DNA from: a virus
DNA length: 64,000 nt
Direction: 5' to 3' (one strand)
IMG/VR virus record: IMGVR_UViG_3300045988_119411
In this document: in pieces, positions 1-7,454 of the stretch
Numbering within the stretch: the stretch's first letter is position 1
How the letters are laid out: each line of letters opens with the position of its first letter
Translations under genes and position numbers: made by a program
The notes under the pieces: generated by a model
What the model was told of the DNA's origin: nothing
The model's database searches: none
What the model saw: only the letters and a program-made list of their open reading frames with translations

Positions 1-584
1 ATTGCCCATGTTTCTTGCAGCATGGCTCCATAGGTGTTTTCCGATTCAACAGTTCCAGCCATGCTATAAATACCGTCTGTGCCTTTTTCAAACGCACACT
101 CAGACATGGGGCAGAACTTTGCACTGGATGGCGATTTCAGATGGTTCTTTACACATTTTTCTGCGAGGACATAGACACCGGATTTGATCTCGTCGCTGCT
201 GTATTTGCTGCTGGAAGAGTAGGAATTCGTTTTTGAAGGAGAAACGGAAGGGGATTGACTGGATGTGCTTTGATTCTCGGAATGCAGAGCTTTTTTCTCG
301 TTGTTGTCGCTTAAAGTCATTGCAATCGCGACGGCAGCGAGAATAGCGGCGATTACAATAGCGATTACAAGACCTCTGCGGTCTTTTTTCTCGCTTGGGT
401 CAGACATATAATTCCGGCCGCCGGACGGCAGATCGGCTGGTTTCAGCAGGGGAGATTCTTTGCGCTCGGGCTGAGAAGTGACTTCCGGCTGAGGCAACTT
501 TTGGATTGGACAACCGCAGTGTGGGCATGCTGCTGCACGATCACTGACCTGTCCGCCGCATTCCGGGCATTGCATGAGAGCCAT
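1..584 (-). CDS. zinc-ribbon membrane protein, partial (3' end runs off window)
   Basis: Open minus-strand frame missing from the ORF track because no stop lies inside the window. ATG at 584-582 follows an AGGAGC RBS. N-term MALMQCPECGGQVSDRAAACPHCGCP (CPEC...CPHC), then hydrophobic helix GLVIAIVIAAILAAVAIAM. Confidence 0.6.
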   Translation of the reverse strand, partial: MALMQCPECGGQVSDRAAACPHCGCPIQKLPQPEVTSQPERKESPLLKPADLPSGGRNYMSDPSEKKDRRGLVIAIVIAAILAAVAIAMTLSDNNEKKALHSENQSTSSQSPSVSPSKTNSYSSSSKYSSDEIKSGVYVLAEKCVKNHLKSPSSAKFCPMSECAFEKGTDGIYSMAGTVESENTYGAMLQETWA

Positions 585-613
585 AATGATGCTCCTTTCT
601 GCTGTTCAGGGTG

Positions 614-841
614 TCAGATGCGGACTATGGCGCTTTTGCAGAGCTGCTTTTTGCCGTCCTTTTCGACGAGCTCCCGGTTCTGGGCGACAAGCTCCTTACC
701 GTAGGTGTCAAGGCCCGAGATGTCGTCCGGATCAGAATAAGCAAGAATGGCGGCCATGTCGCCGGGCTCCATGGGCTTGTTGGTTTTGTTCACGATGAAC
801 TGCCCACCGATTACGGTGTATTCGTTATGATCATAAAACAT
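614..841 (-). CDS. hypothetical protein (75 aa)
   Basis: ORF 614..883 trimmed to the ATG at 841, which follows an AAAAGGAGAA RBS. Starts MFYDHNEYTVIGG. Confidence 0.5.
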   Translation of the reverse strand: MFYDHNEYTVIGGQFIVNKTNKPMEPGDMAAILAYSDPDDISGLDTYGKELVAQNRELVEKDGKKQLCKSAIVRI

Positions 842-895
842 GGTTCTGTTCTCCTTTTTTGAAATTGTTTGAAAGCAAGTCAATATGGGCGCGTT

Positions 896-1255
896 CTATG
901 CTGCGGAAGCACAGAGGCTGGCGGCGTGGATCGCTTCGCTGATGAGGGCACTGGAGTCGATGCCAAGGATGCCGGAAATCGATGCGTAAATCGCATCGAT
1001 TTTCTCTGGTGGATAAATAGAGGCGTCATCCATTGTGCCGTTGCAGACGTACCAGCTAAAACCGTCGGCGAAAACGCAGACATAGATGCGGCTGCCAAAG
1101 TCACCGCAAGACAGATCGTCAACCTCGACAGTGACGAGTTGCCCGTCTACGTCGGCCAAGATGCCACCGGCATACTGCCAGTAGCCGCCGTTGTTGGCGT
1201 TGTCTGGATCATAGGTCGGATTTGTGGGATTGCCCCAGGCAGAGATTATCTTCAT
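896..1255 (-). CDS. hypothetical protein (119 aa)
   Basis: ORF track. AAGGAGG RBS upstream of the ATG at 1255. Confidence 0.6.
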   Translation of the reverse strand: MKIISAWGNPTNPTYDPDNANNGGYWQYAGGILADVDGQLVTVEVDDLSCGDFGSRIYVCVFADGFSWYVCNGTMDDASIYPPEKIDAIYASISGILGIDSSALISEAIHAASLCASAA

Positions 1256-1322
1256 CAGGATGATCCTCCTTGTTCATAGTTTAGCATGGTTTTTCTGAAT
1301 TTTCCAGAGGCTATTTGAAATT

Positions 1323-1916
1323 TTACACCTTTTCGCTGTTCAGAGTATATCCGGCGCGCTGCACCTGTTCAGTGCGATAGTAGATTCTGGAAGACCAGTC
1401 CACCCAGACCGGGCGCTTGCGCCCGTTGATGATGGTTTTTTCCAGTTCGAGTGGCTGGCCGTTCTTCTGCGTTGTGATCGTTGTGCCAAGTGGCGCGTTT
1501 TGCAGACTGTTCGGGTCCTTCCGGGCAGCCGCTGCTTTTCTGGCGTTCTCCCGGCAGGCGGCACGCCATTCGAGCGCCCATTCGTCGTCACGCGGCGAGA
1601 GTAGGTTCAAAACGGAAGTTGGACAGCTCCGCTCGGCTGGTCCCATGGATTCGTCCATGTCCTTAAAGCCAAAGTTGCAGTACTCGTTGGAGCAGACATG
1701 CGTCAGGCAGACGCCGGCGAAAACATACGGAGCCTGATTCGGTCTCGTCCGTTCGCAGGCTCCGTACCACGTCGAGCCGACCATGGCAGATTTCAGGACG
1801 CGGCAGCGGTCACCGGTTTCTTCGTTGTGCCAGGTATACAGGGCGTCGCATTCGGCCTTGCGGTCGATGCCACCCCGCCGGTCGTAGAAAATTGCCCGTT
1901 GATAAGTCCAGCCCAT
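1323..1916 (-). CDS. hypothetical protein (197 aa)
   Basis: ORF 1323..2009 trimmed to the MGWTYQRAIFYD start, which follows a GAAAGGAGAA RBS. Confidence 0.6.
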   Translation of the reverse strand: MGWTYQRAIFYDRRGGIDRKAECDALYTWHNEETGDRCRVLKSAMVGSTWYGACERTRPNQAPYVFAGVCLTHVCSNEYCNFGFKDMDESMGPAERSCPTSVLNLLSPRDDEWALEWRAACRENARKAAAARKDPNSLQNAPLGTTITTQKNGQPLELEKTIINGRKRPVWVDWSSRIYYRTEQVQRAGYTLNSEKV

Positions 1917-1930
1917 AATTTTCTCCTTTC

Positions 1931-2245
1931 TCAGTACGCGCGGCAGGTGTCGAAGCACCAGTGCAGGACTTTCCATGCGTGAACGTCCATGAATTTCTCG
2001 GAAAGCCACTGATCCAGCTGCTCAAAGAGTCCATGCGCGCCGCCCTGCGCCTTAATTTTGGTTTTCAGGAGATTATAGACGAACTCGCTGCCGCAGTCTT
2101 CAACGCGGACGGTCTTTGTCACGCCGTTTTTGCAGACGGTGAACTGCTCGCTGCTGCCGGGATAGATGGTAAAGCTCCAATCGGCAGCGTGGACGAGCGC
2201 GTCGGTTTCTTTGTCGTATCTGGTTTCTTCATAGATTCTGGTCAT
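1931..2245 (-). CDS. hypothetical protein (104 aa)
   Basis: ORF 1931..2275 trimmed to MTRIYEETRY with an AAGGAGG RBS. The longer start would sit directly against promoter-like motif copy 1. Confidence 0.55.
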   Translation of the reverse strand: MTRIYEETRYDKETDALVHAADWSFTIYPGSSEQFTVCKNGVTKTVRVEDCGSEFVYNLLKTKIKAQGGAHGLFEQLDQWLSEKFMDVHAWKVLHWCFDTCRAY

Positions 2246-2278
2246 GGATTCGGCCTCCTTTTTGATTTCACTCATAAT

Positions 2279-2304
2279 GCTACCGACAGGGGACGTTTTG
2301 TCCC
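2279..2304 (-). promoter_or_regulatory. promoter-like bipartite motif, copy 1
   Basis: Minus sense GGGACAAA-acgtcccctgtcg-GTAGCATTAT, about 33 nt upstream of the ATG at 2245. Confidence 0.5.
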
Positions 2305-2332
2305 GCTGCCGGTAGATTTTGCCGGAAATTTT

Positions 2333-2488
2333 TTATCCGGCATAGGAAAGTGCTGCCTCCAGCTGCTCGATTTCGTGCTGCCAAGCCGGGGCAAACGGAC
2401 TGTCCGGGCAATAGTTCAGCACTTCGTAAAGTTCCTCAAGTCGGTCAAGGATTCTGGATTCGCTGGGGATGTTCCATTTGATCTCCAT
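2333..2488 (-). CDS. small hypothetical protein (51 aa)
   Basis: Below the ORF-track size cutoff. MEIKWNIPSESRILDRLEELYEVLNYCPDSPFAPAWQHEIEQLEAALSYAG; GAAAGGAAC RBS. Confidence 0.4.
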   Translation of the reverse strand: MEIKWNIPSESRILDRLEELYEVLNYCPDSPFAPAWQHEIEQLEAALSYAG

Positions 2489-2546
2489 TTTCGTTCCTTT
2501 CTGCAAACGGGTTTCTCTTCCGGGACGTTTTATTTTGGGTCGATGT

Positions 2547-3209
2547 TCAGCAGCTTAAAATATCGTAGACTTCCTGTGATTCGTAACGGATGACGGCGCG
2601 GCCCTGCTCGTCGTCGCCGTCGTACATCGGCCCGCAGAAGTTTTTAATCTTCGGCGCGCCTTGCAACTCCGCGCGGCAGGAAACGCTGTGGAATTCTCCG
2701 GTGGTCTCGAATGCTTTTTTCAGATGCTCGACGGTTTCAAATGTTTCGACGATCATGCGCGGCCGCGGGTCGTCCGTGTTCATGCTGACAACCTTGTAGA
2801 CCTTACCCTTCTGCTGAATCTCGGACAGGTGAACGCGCTCGGATTCTTCGGAAATCTTCTGTTCCTTCGGGAAGCTATCGGTCATGGAGTAGAACAGGTT
2901 TTTATCAAAGCAGCAGTAGCTGCGCGGCTGCTCCCAGCCGGTTTCCGGCCAGCCGGAGAAAACAGCCAGCGGGCGCGTGCCATAGGTGCGGATGCCATAA
3001 ACCTGCCGTCCGCCGCGCTTTTTGAAGTAGATGGTCAGGGCTTCCTTGTACTGCGCATACGGGGCGATTTCCGCCTTTACGGCGGTGACGGGCAGGTGGT
3101 AGACGCCGCCAAAGTCGGATTCTGCGACGAGTGTCAGGCGCGGATTTTTGGATGCTGCCGCGCTGTTCACGGCGGCGGCGATGGTCTGGAAAATTTCAAG
3201 CTGTGTCAT
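2547..3209 (-). CDS. hypothetical protein (220 aa)
   Basis: ORF track. AGGAGG RBS before the ATG at 3209. Confidence 0.7.
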   Translation of the reverse strand: MTQLEIFQTIAAAVNSAAASKNPRLTLVAESDFGGVYHLPVTAVKAEIAPYAQYKEALTIYFKKRGGRQVYGIRTYGTRPLAVFSGWPETGWEQPRSYCCFDKNLFYSMTDSFPKEQKISEESERVHLSEIQQKGKVYKVVSMNTDDPRPRMIVETFETVEHLKKAFETTGEFHSVSCRAELQGAPKIKNFCGPMYDGDDEQGRAVIRYESQEVYDILSC

Positions 3210-3253
3210 TGTATGAAACCTCCTGTTTTCTTGGTTTTCTCTACACTTTTATT

Positions 3254-3279
3254 GCTACAGGGAAAGTACGTTTTGTCCC
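3254..3279 (-). promoter_or_regulatory. promoter-like bipartite motif, copy 2
   Basis: Minus sense GGGACAAA-acgtactttccct-GTAGCAATAAAAG, upstream of the ATG at 3209. Confidence 0.5.
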
Positions 3280-3305
3280 ACTTGCATTCATGTTTGTGTT
3301 TTTTG

Positions 3306-3671
3306 TTAGTGGACTGGACATTGGAACAGAACGCAAAAATCGGCTCTGCTGGCAATCTCGTTGATGCGCTTGGCGGTTGTGCTGCCGAGGGAAAACACGG
3401 CGATAAAGTTCACGTGGCAGTCGTCCGGGGTGAAGATCGGCTTGCACTCAACGCCCAGGGCGCGAAGATGGGTTGTGACGTTGGCGGCCTCTGTGACCTC
3501 GTGCAGCGCGTCGGCGTAGCACTCGCGGTAAAGGTCCACGCCGTATTTGTCGCGGATGGCGTCGAGCTGGTCCACGTCGAAAAGCTCGGTGAACGGCTCG
3601 TATTTGTGCGGGGTGGACAGGTGCGCGGCGATGATCTCGTTTCTGCACTCCCAATATCCGGCGGTTTTCAT
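3306..3671 (-). CDS. hypothetical protein (121 aa)
   Basis: ORF 3306..3893 trimmed to MKTAGYWECRNEII with a GAAAGGAGC RBS. The longer N-terminus overlaps the next gene in another frame. Confidence 0.55.
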   Translation of the reverse strand: MKTAGYWECRNEIIAAHLSTPHKYEPFTELFDVDQLDAIRDKYGVDLYRECYADALHEVTEAANVTTHLRALGVECKPIFTPDDCHVNFIAVFSLGSTTAKRINEIASRADFCVLFQCPVH

Positions 3672-3877
3672 GGTTGCGCTCCTTTCTGCGCGTTTCTCGC
3701 GGCGCGGTATGTTTCGTAGACCTGGGCGGCGGGAAATTCTTTCATGCCACAGTTCCATTTTGGGCGCGGGGTCTTTCGGAGATAGACGGTCTCGCCGCCG
3801 TCGTATTCCAAATACCATTTTTCCAGTGTTCCGTCGCGGTTGATCGTGTATCTTGTGGGGGTTGCGGTCGTGGCCAT
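3668..3877 (-). CDS. hypothetical protein (69 aa)
   Basis: ORF track. ATGA start/stop overlap with the downstream gene; GAAAGGAC RBS. Confidence 0.5.
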   Translation of the reverse strand: MATTATPTRYTINRDGTLEKWYLEYDGGETVYLRKTPRPKWNCGMKEFPAAQVYETYRAARNAQKGAQP

Positions 3878-3938
3878 AGTGTTGTCCTTTCATGCCCTCG
3901 TGACCTCCGGGGCGGGCTGTTCGGCTTTCAACCTTCCG

Positions 3939-4163
3939 TTAGGGTTTGAACACGACGCGCACGCCGCGATTTTGCAGCATGGCGATATACAGAAAAAATT
4001 CTGTGCTGATCTCTGCGGTGTCGGTACATCCGATTGTTTCCGGTTCCCGGATAAGCGCCGGATAAAATTTGTCAAGCTCTCCGTCCGGGGACATGATCGC
4101 GTAGCCGTCAAAGCCGCGCATTTTTGTGCGGAAAACTTCGCGGGTGATCTGTTCTTTCCTCAT
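3939..4163 (-). CDS. hypothetical protein (74 aa)
   Basis: ORF track. AGGAGGAAA RBS. Confidence 0.55.
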   Translation of the reverse strand: MRKEQITREVFRTKMRGFDGYAIMSPDGELDKFYPALIREPETIGCTDTAEISTEFFLYIAMLQNRGVRVVFKP

Positions 4164-4192
4164 GGGGTTTCCTCCTGTTCTGTTCCTCCTGT

Positions 4193-4405
4193 TCAGATTA
4201 TGTAGATGTTGATTTTTTCAAGCTCGTCCTGCTCGTATGCTGCTCCAACAGGCTCGAGCGCTGCCCATGCCGCAATCTCGATGGCTTTTTCCCAGGAAAA
4301 GCCTATTCCGTTCAGATACTCAGCGTTGTACTGTTCGTCATCGCAGGAATGATAGTGATTGATGTTTCCCGTGTTTATGACGAGCGTGCCGTAGTCTCCA
4401 TTCAT
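4193..4405 (-). CDS. hypothetical protein (70 aa)
   Basis: ORF track. AGGAGGCAT RBS. Confidence 0.55.
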   Translation of the reverse strand: MNGDYGTLVINTGNINHYHSCDDEQYNAEYLNGIGFSWEKAIEIAAWAALEPVGAAYEQDELEKINIYII

Positions 4406-4421
4406 TTTTTATGCCTCCTGT

Positions 4422-4580
4422 TTAGATGTAATACCATACGATAAACTTGTGTTCTGTTCCGTCTGCCGATGTCCACGGGGTCAGGTACGCCTTGCGTCGC
4501 TGCTTTTTTCGCGCCGCCACAAATGCGGCGGCTTGCTGTTCTGTGCTGAAAAATTCAAAGGTTTTGCGGTACTGATTCAT
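4422..4580 (-). CDS. small hypothetical protein (52 aa)
   Basis: Below the ORF-track cutoff. MNQYRKTFEFFSTEQQAAAFVAARKKQRRKAYLTPWTSADGTEHKFIVWYYI; GAGGAATCACC RBS. Confidence 0.4.
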   Translation of the reverse strand: MNQYRKTFEFFSTEQQAAAFVAARKKQRRKAYLTPWTSADGTEHKFIVWYYI

Positions 4581-4592
4581 GGTGATTCCTCG

Positions 4593-4946
4593 CTATGCAA
4601 TCTGCTCGGCAGGCTGTGCAAATTCCTGCGAGATTTTGAAAAGCATCATTTTTTTGAGCGCCTGACGGCTCATGGTTTTTTCTTCGCAGCTGTTCGGACG
4701 GTCCCAGACGCGGACGCGAAAAACGCCGTTGTCGATGTCTGCGATCTCGCGGTAGATGCAGACCGTCACACCGCCTGAGAAGCAGAGCTTTAAGGCGTTT
4801 AACGTGCTTGCGTCGCCCCGGAAAATCTTCATCCCTGCATCATACAGCTGCGCGGCGGTTTCCTCGGAATATGCGAGGGCGTGATGCTCGACGTTTTCAA
4901 AACAGCCGAAGACATTCTTCACGTCGTAATTTGCGATAAATTCCAT
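4593..4946 (-). CDS. hypothetical protein (117 aa)
   Basis: ORF 4593..4964 trimmed to MEFIANYDVKNVF with a GAGGGGG RBS. Confidence 0.55.
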   Translation of the reverse strand: MEFIANYDVKNVFGCFENVEHHALAYSEETAAQLYDAGMKIFRGDASTLNALKLCFSGGVTVCIYREIADIDNGVFRVRVWDRPNSCEEKTMSRQALKKMMLFKISQEFAQPAEQIA

Positions 4947-4960
4947 TGTGACACCCCCTC

Positions 4961-5059
4961 TCACAGAATGAATTCGATCAGGGTATCCGCCCCGAGCATG
5001 AGATAGAACAGGGCGATGACGGCGATGGCCGTCAGGATTTTTTGAAGTTTGATTTTCAT
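4961..5059 (-). CDS. small hydrophobic peptide (32 aa)
   Basis: MKIKLQKILTAIAVIALFYLMLGADTLIEFIL; GGAGGAACGGCT RBS. First gene after motif copy 3. Confidence 0.35.
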   Translation of the reverse strand: MKIKLQKILTAIAVIALFYLMLGADTLIEFIL

Positions 5060-5097
5060 AGCCGTTCCTCCGTGGTCGGTTTCTTTTCGCTGTTATT

Positions 5098-5122
5098 GCT
5101 ACCGGAGATTTGAATTTGTCCC
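5098..5122 (-). promoter_or_regulatory. promoter-like bipartite motif, copy 3
   Basis: Minus sense GGGACAAA-ttcaaatctccg-GTAGCAATAACAG. Confidence 0.5.
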
Positions 5123-5255
5123 GTGAATTTGAAATTTTTCTCTGATTTCAGTATGACATGCGGGAAAAGTGAATTTTGATACAGTCGAACGCACAAAGAA
5201 CGCACGAAAAAAACGCACGGATTGTTTCCGTGCGTTTTTTGTTCGTTCCTCAGAC

Positions 5256-5600
5256 TCAGGCCGTCAGCGGCTGGACCTGCGCGGCCGTGAAGAAGTGGGA
5301 AAGTTTCATGCGGCAGTAGCCGCTCGATTCGGCCTCGTCGCCCTCCTGCGGCTCGTCGGATTCTTTGCGCTTGCTGCCGATGTACTTCCAGATCGGGAAG
5401 GACGCAATGGAGTGCTCGCCCTTGCGGACGATATAGCCGCGCTGCTTCCAGGCGTTGAAGGTGTGAATCTCCTCGGGGAGCTCCAGCTGCTCGGTCTGGC
5501 CGTTCTCGTCTACGATGTCGATGAAATGGCCTGTGCCTTTGAGAATGCCGTCGTTCATCAGCCGGATGGATTCGTCAAGAATGATTGCTGCGTTAGTCAT
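5256..5600 (-). CDS. hypothetical protein, possible ArdC-N-like ssDNA-binding domain
   Basis: ORF track; GGAGGTAC RBS. Segment HTFNAWKQRGYIVRKGEHSIASFPIWKY resembles the TF..W...G..V+KGEK core of ArdC N-terminal domains (from memory only). Acidic tail. Confidence 0.45.
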   Translation of the reverse strand: MTNAAIILDESIRLMNDGILKGTGHFIDIVDENGQTEQLELPEEIHTFNAWKQRGYIVRKGEHSIASFPIWKYIGSKRKESDEPQEGDEAESSGYCRMKLSHFFTAAQVQPLTA

Positions 5601-5640
5601 GAGTAAGTACCTCCGTTTGTTTCATTTTTCTGTCTTTGTT

Positions 5641-5665
5641 GCTACCTGAAATTTCGATTTGTCCT
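5641..5665 (-). promoter_or_regulatory. promoter-like bipartite motif, copy 4
   Basis: Minus sense aGGACAAA-tcgaaatttcag-GTAGCAACAAAGA (one mismatch in the upstream box). Confidence 0.45.
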
Positions 5666-5687
5666 GGCAATGCCGGGCTTTTTTATT
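5663..5687 (+). terminator. plus-strand-oriented hairpin + T-run
   Basis: CCTGG-caatg-CCGGG followed by CTTTTTTATT. Weak 5-bp stem; overlaps the upstream box of motif copy 4. Confidence 0.3.
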
Positions 5688-6060
5688 GCAGATATTCCGC
5701 AGCTGTTTCGACGGCCCAGCGGATGGCCGACTCGAAGGCGCGGATAAACTCCTTGGTGCGCATCGAGCCTCCCGCGAAGGTGTTTCCGACGCTCACGGCT
5801 GCGTCGTAGTATTTGCAGCCTCCGTCGGAGTGCTCAGCAATTTGGGCCCGGACCTCGCGCCCGGCAGGCGTGCGGCCAATCAGTTTAGAGACCCAGTTCC
5901 CGCCAGCCTGCCAGCCGTCTGGCGTATACATCCTCGATTCGAGATAGTCACGCGGGAAATCGACTGTGATTTTTCCGCTTTTGTAGTCGTAGGCCTTGCA
6001 GTCCGAAAACATCTTTTTGTAGACCCGATAGGGGATCGTGCGGCTTGCTGCTTTTTTCAT
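5683..6060 (-). CDS. hypothetical protein (125 aa)
   Basis: ORF track. AAAGGAGTCC RBS. Confidence 0.65.
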   Translation of the reverse strand: MKKAASRTIPYRVYKKMFSDCKAYDYKSGKITVDFPRDYLESRMYTPDGWQAGGNWVSKLIGRTPAGREVRAQIAEHSDGGCKYYDAAVSVGNTFAGGSMRTKEFIRAFESAIRWAVETAAEYLQ

Positions 6061-6092
6061 CTTGGAGGACTCCTTTATGTTTTTTCTTTATA

Positions 6093-6117
6093 GCTACCTC
6101 AAAATTGGATTTGTCCC
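6093..6117 (-). promoter_or_regulatory. promoter-like bipartite motif, copy 5
   Basis: Minus sense GGGACAAA-tccaattttgag-GTAGCTATAAAGA. Confidence 0.5.
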
Positions 6118-6160
6118 GCTTGGTTCGGAAATTTTCTCGTTTTTTGGGAAAAAAAGAAAG

Positions 6161-6183
6161 CCGGGGTTTCTCCCGGTTTTTCT
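6161..6183. terminator. short GC hairpin with T-runs on both strands (bidirectional terminator candidate)
   Basis: CCGGG-gtttct-CCCGG. TTTTTCT follows on the plus strand and CTTTCTTTTTTT on the minus strand, downstream of gene 6253..6471. Confidence 0.4.
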
Positions 6184-6252
6184 GTCGCTTGGTTTTTCAC
6201 GTTTTTGGGCGCTGCTGGTTGGTTCGGATTCTTTGCGGTTTTTCGGCGACAT

Positions 6253-6471
6253 TCAGACTGGCGTTTTTGCTCCGCGGATCAGGAAGCGGAAATTCCAGAA
6301 CACCGCCTCCCATTTCAGGCGGTCGATGAATTTCTCCGCTTGCTGGAATGTTTGGAACCGCTCCTGATGCGCCATAATCGAGCCGGTAATTGCAGACGGC
6401 CACGTATAGGCAACGCCGTAGCCGATGGACGTTTTGACGAGCTGCGCCTTGACTGTTGTAACATGTTTCAT
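6253..6471 (-). CDS. hypothetical protein (72 aa)
   Basis: ORF track. GAGGTACACACC RBS. Confidence 0.5.
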   Translation of the reverse strand: MKHVTTVKAQLVKTSIGYGVAYTWPSAITGSIMAHQERFQTFQQAEKFIDRLKWEAVFWNFRFLIRGAKTPV

Positions 6472-6505
6472 GGTGTGTACCTCGTTTCTGTTCTTTGACT
6501 TTGAA

Positions 6506-6530
6506 GCTACCGTATTTTCCGATTTGTCCC
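6506..6530 (-). promoter_or_regulatory. promoter-like bipartite motif, copy 6
   Basis: Minus sense GGGACAAA-tcggaaaatacg-GTAGCTTCAAAGT. Confidence 0.5.
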
Positions 6531-6550
6531 GCCGAAGGCGGGATTTTTTT
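6528..6550 (+). terminator. plus-strand-oriented intrinsic terminator
   Basis: CCCGCC-gaa-GGCGGG followed by A + T7. The stem shares CCC with motif copy 6. Confidence 0.5.
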
Positions 6551-6553
6551 GAC

Positions 6554-6895
6554 CTATTTTCGATAGACGCAGCCGGTCCACGCCTGACAGGTCGTGCCGC
6601 TGCACGTGCTTCCGCGCCGCTTGCAGTCTACGCAGATCGGATTCAGCTGTTCAGCGTCCTTTTCCAGCCATTTGACCGACTTGATATACTCGCAGATTTC
6701 CGGATCGTAGTTGTTGGCCGCGATGTATGCGCAGAGTTCGCGCTGGACGTCCGCTTCCTCGCCGCCGTCCATTGCTTCGGCGATTCTCTGGGCGATGTCC
6801 GGGGCCGTTTCGGCGTAGCTTACCACGCCAATGTAAAAATCGAATGGATTGTAGAAAATACCGTCCCTGCGGTCGAGAATGAGATCGATGATCAT
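6554..6895 (-). CDS. hypothetical protein (113 aa), Cys-rich C-terminus
   Basis: ORF track. AAAGGAGCCC RBS. Confidence 0.65.
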   Translation of the reverse strand: MIIDLILDRRDGIFYNPFDFYIGVVSYAETAPDIAQRIAEAMDGGEEADVQRELCAYIAANNYDPEICEYIKSVKWLEKDAEQLNPICVDCKRRGSTCSGTTCQAWTGCVYRK

Positions 6896-6927
6896 CTTTT
6901 TGGGCTCCTTTTTGTTTTTCCTTTATA

Positions 6928-6952
6928 GCTACACGATTTCTGCGTTTGTCCC
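6928..6952 (-). promoter_or_regulatory. promoter-like bipartite motif, copy 7
   Basis: Minus sense GGGACAAA-cgcagaaatcgt-GTAGCTATAAAGG. Confidence 0.5.
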
Positions 6953-6954
6953 GC

Positions 6955-6989
6955 AAAAAAGTAAAAAAAGCGCCCGAGCGATCGGGCGC
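6955..6989 (-). terminator. intrinsic terminator of the HTH gene transcript
   Basis: Perfect 8-bp stem GCGCCCGA-(4 nt)-TCGGGCGC, followed in minus sense by TTTTTTTACTTTTTT. Confidence 0.8.
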
Positions 6990-6990
6990 T

Positions 6991-7081
6991 GCTGTTCAGA
7001 ATATTCAAGTTGGTGCTGTTCAGGAGCTGCGGAGCGCTGCTGTTCAGGTTTTCCCCGGAAATGAGAATGGGCGCTGTTCAG
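6991..7081. repeat. four direct copies of GCTGTTCAG
   Basis: Copies start at 6991, 7015, 7039 and 7073 (spacing 24, 24, 34 bp). They lie between the stop of gene 7115..7417 and its terminator. Confidence 0.7.
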
Positions 7082-7114
7082 CAATTTCGAAAGTTGGCCG
7101 GAAGGTCCGGAATT

Positions 7115-7417
7115 TCAGGCGTTGCCGGATGCGTCCGCGGGATCAGCAGGGGATGTGGATGCGGGAGCGGATGACGGAGAAGTTGCATCATGGGCCGGGA
7201 TGGTCTGCATGATGGTCTCCCCGTCCGGCAGGACGAAACCCACCACCAGGCCGCAGCCGTAAACGTCCGCGATCTGCTCCAGGTCCGCGACGCTCCAGGT
7301 ATTCCGCTTTAGGCGCTGGCTGGCATTTGCGCGGGACGTGCCGAGGCGCGCGGCCATGTCCGCCGCCGTGCTGTCACACTCCAAAAGCATCCGCTTTATC
7401 ATCTTTGAAATATCCAT
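7115..7417 (-). CDS. helix-turn-helix DNA-binding protein (Cro/CI-like regulator)
   Basis: ORF track; AAAGGAGCGG RBS. HTH-like STAADMAARLGTSRANASQRLKRNTWSVADLEQIADVYG; Pro/Ser/Ala-rich tail. Divergent from the rightward operon. Confidence 0.65.
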   Translation of the reverse strand: MDISKMIKRMLLECDSTAADMAARLGTSRANASQRLKRNTWSVADLEQIADVYGCGLVVGFVLPDGETIMQTIPAHDATSPSSAPASTSPADPADASGNA

Positions 7418-7454
7418 ATCGTATCCGCTCCTTTGCTGGCGATCTGCCTATACT

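Noticed and set aside
2-236. Plus-strand ORFs 2..187 and 15..236
   Set aside because: They are antisense to the better-supported minus-strand zinc-ribbon gene, which has an RBS and clear CxxC and TM features.
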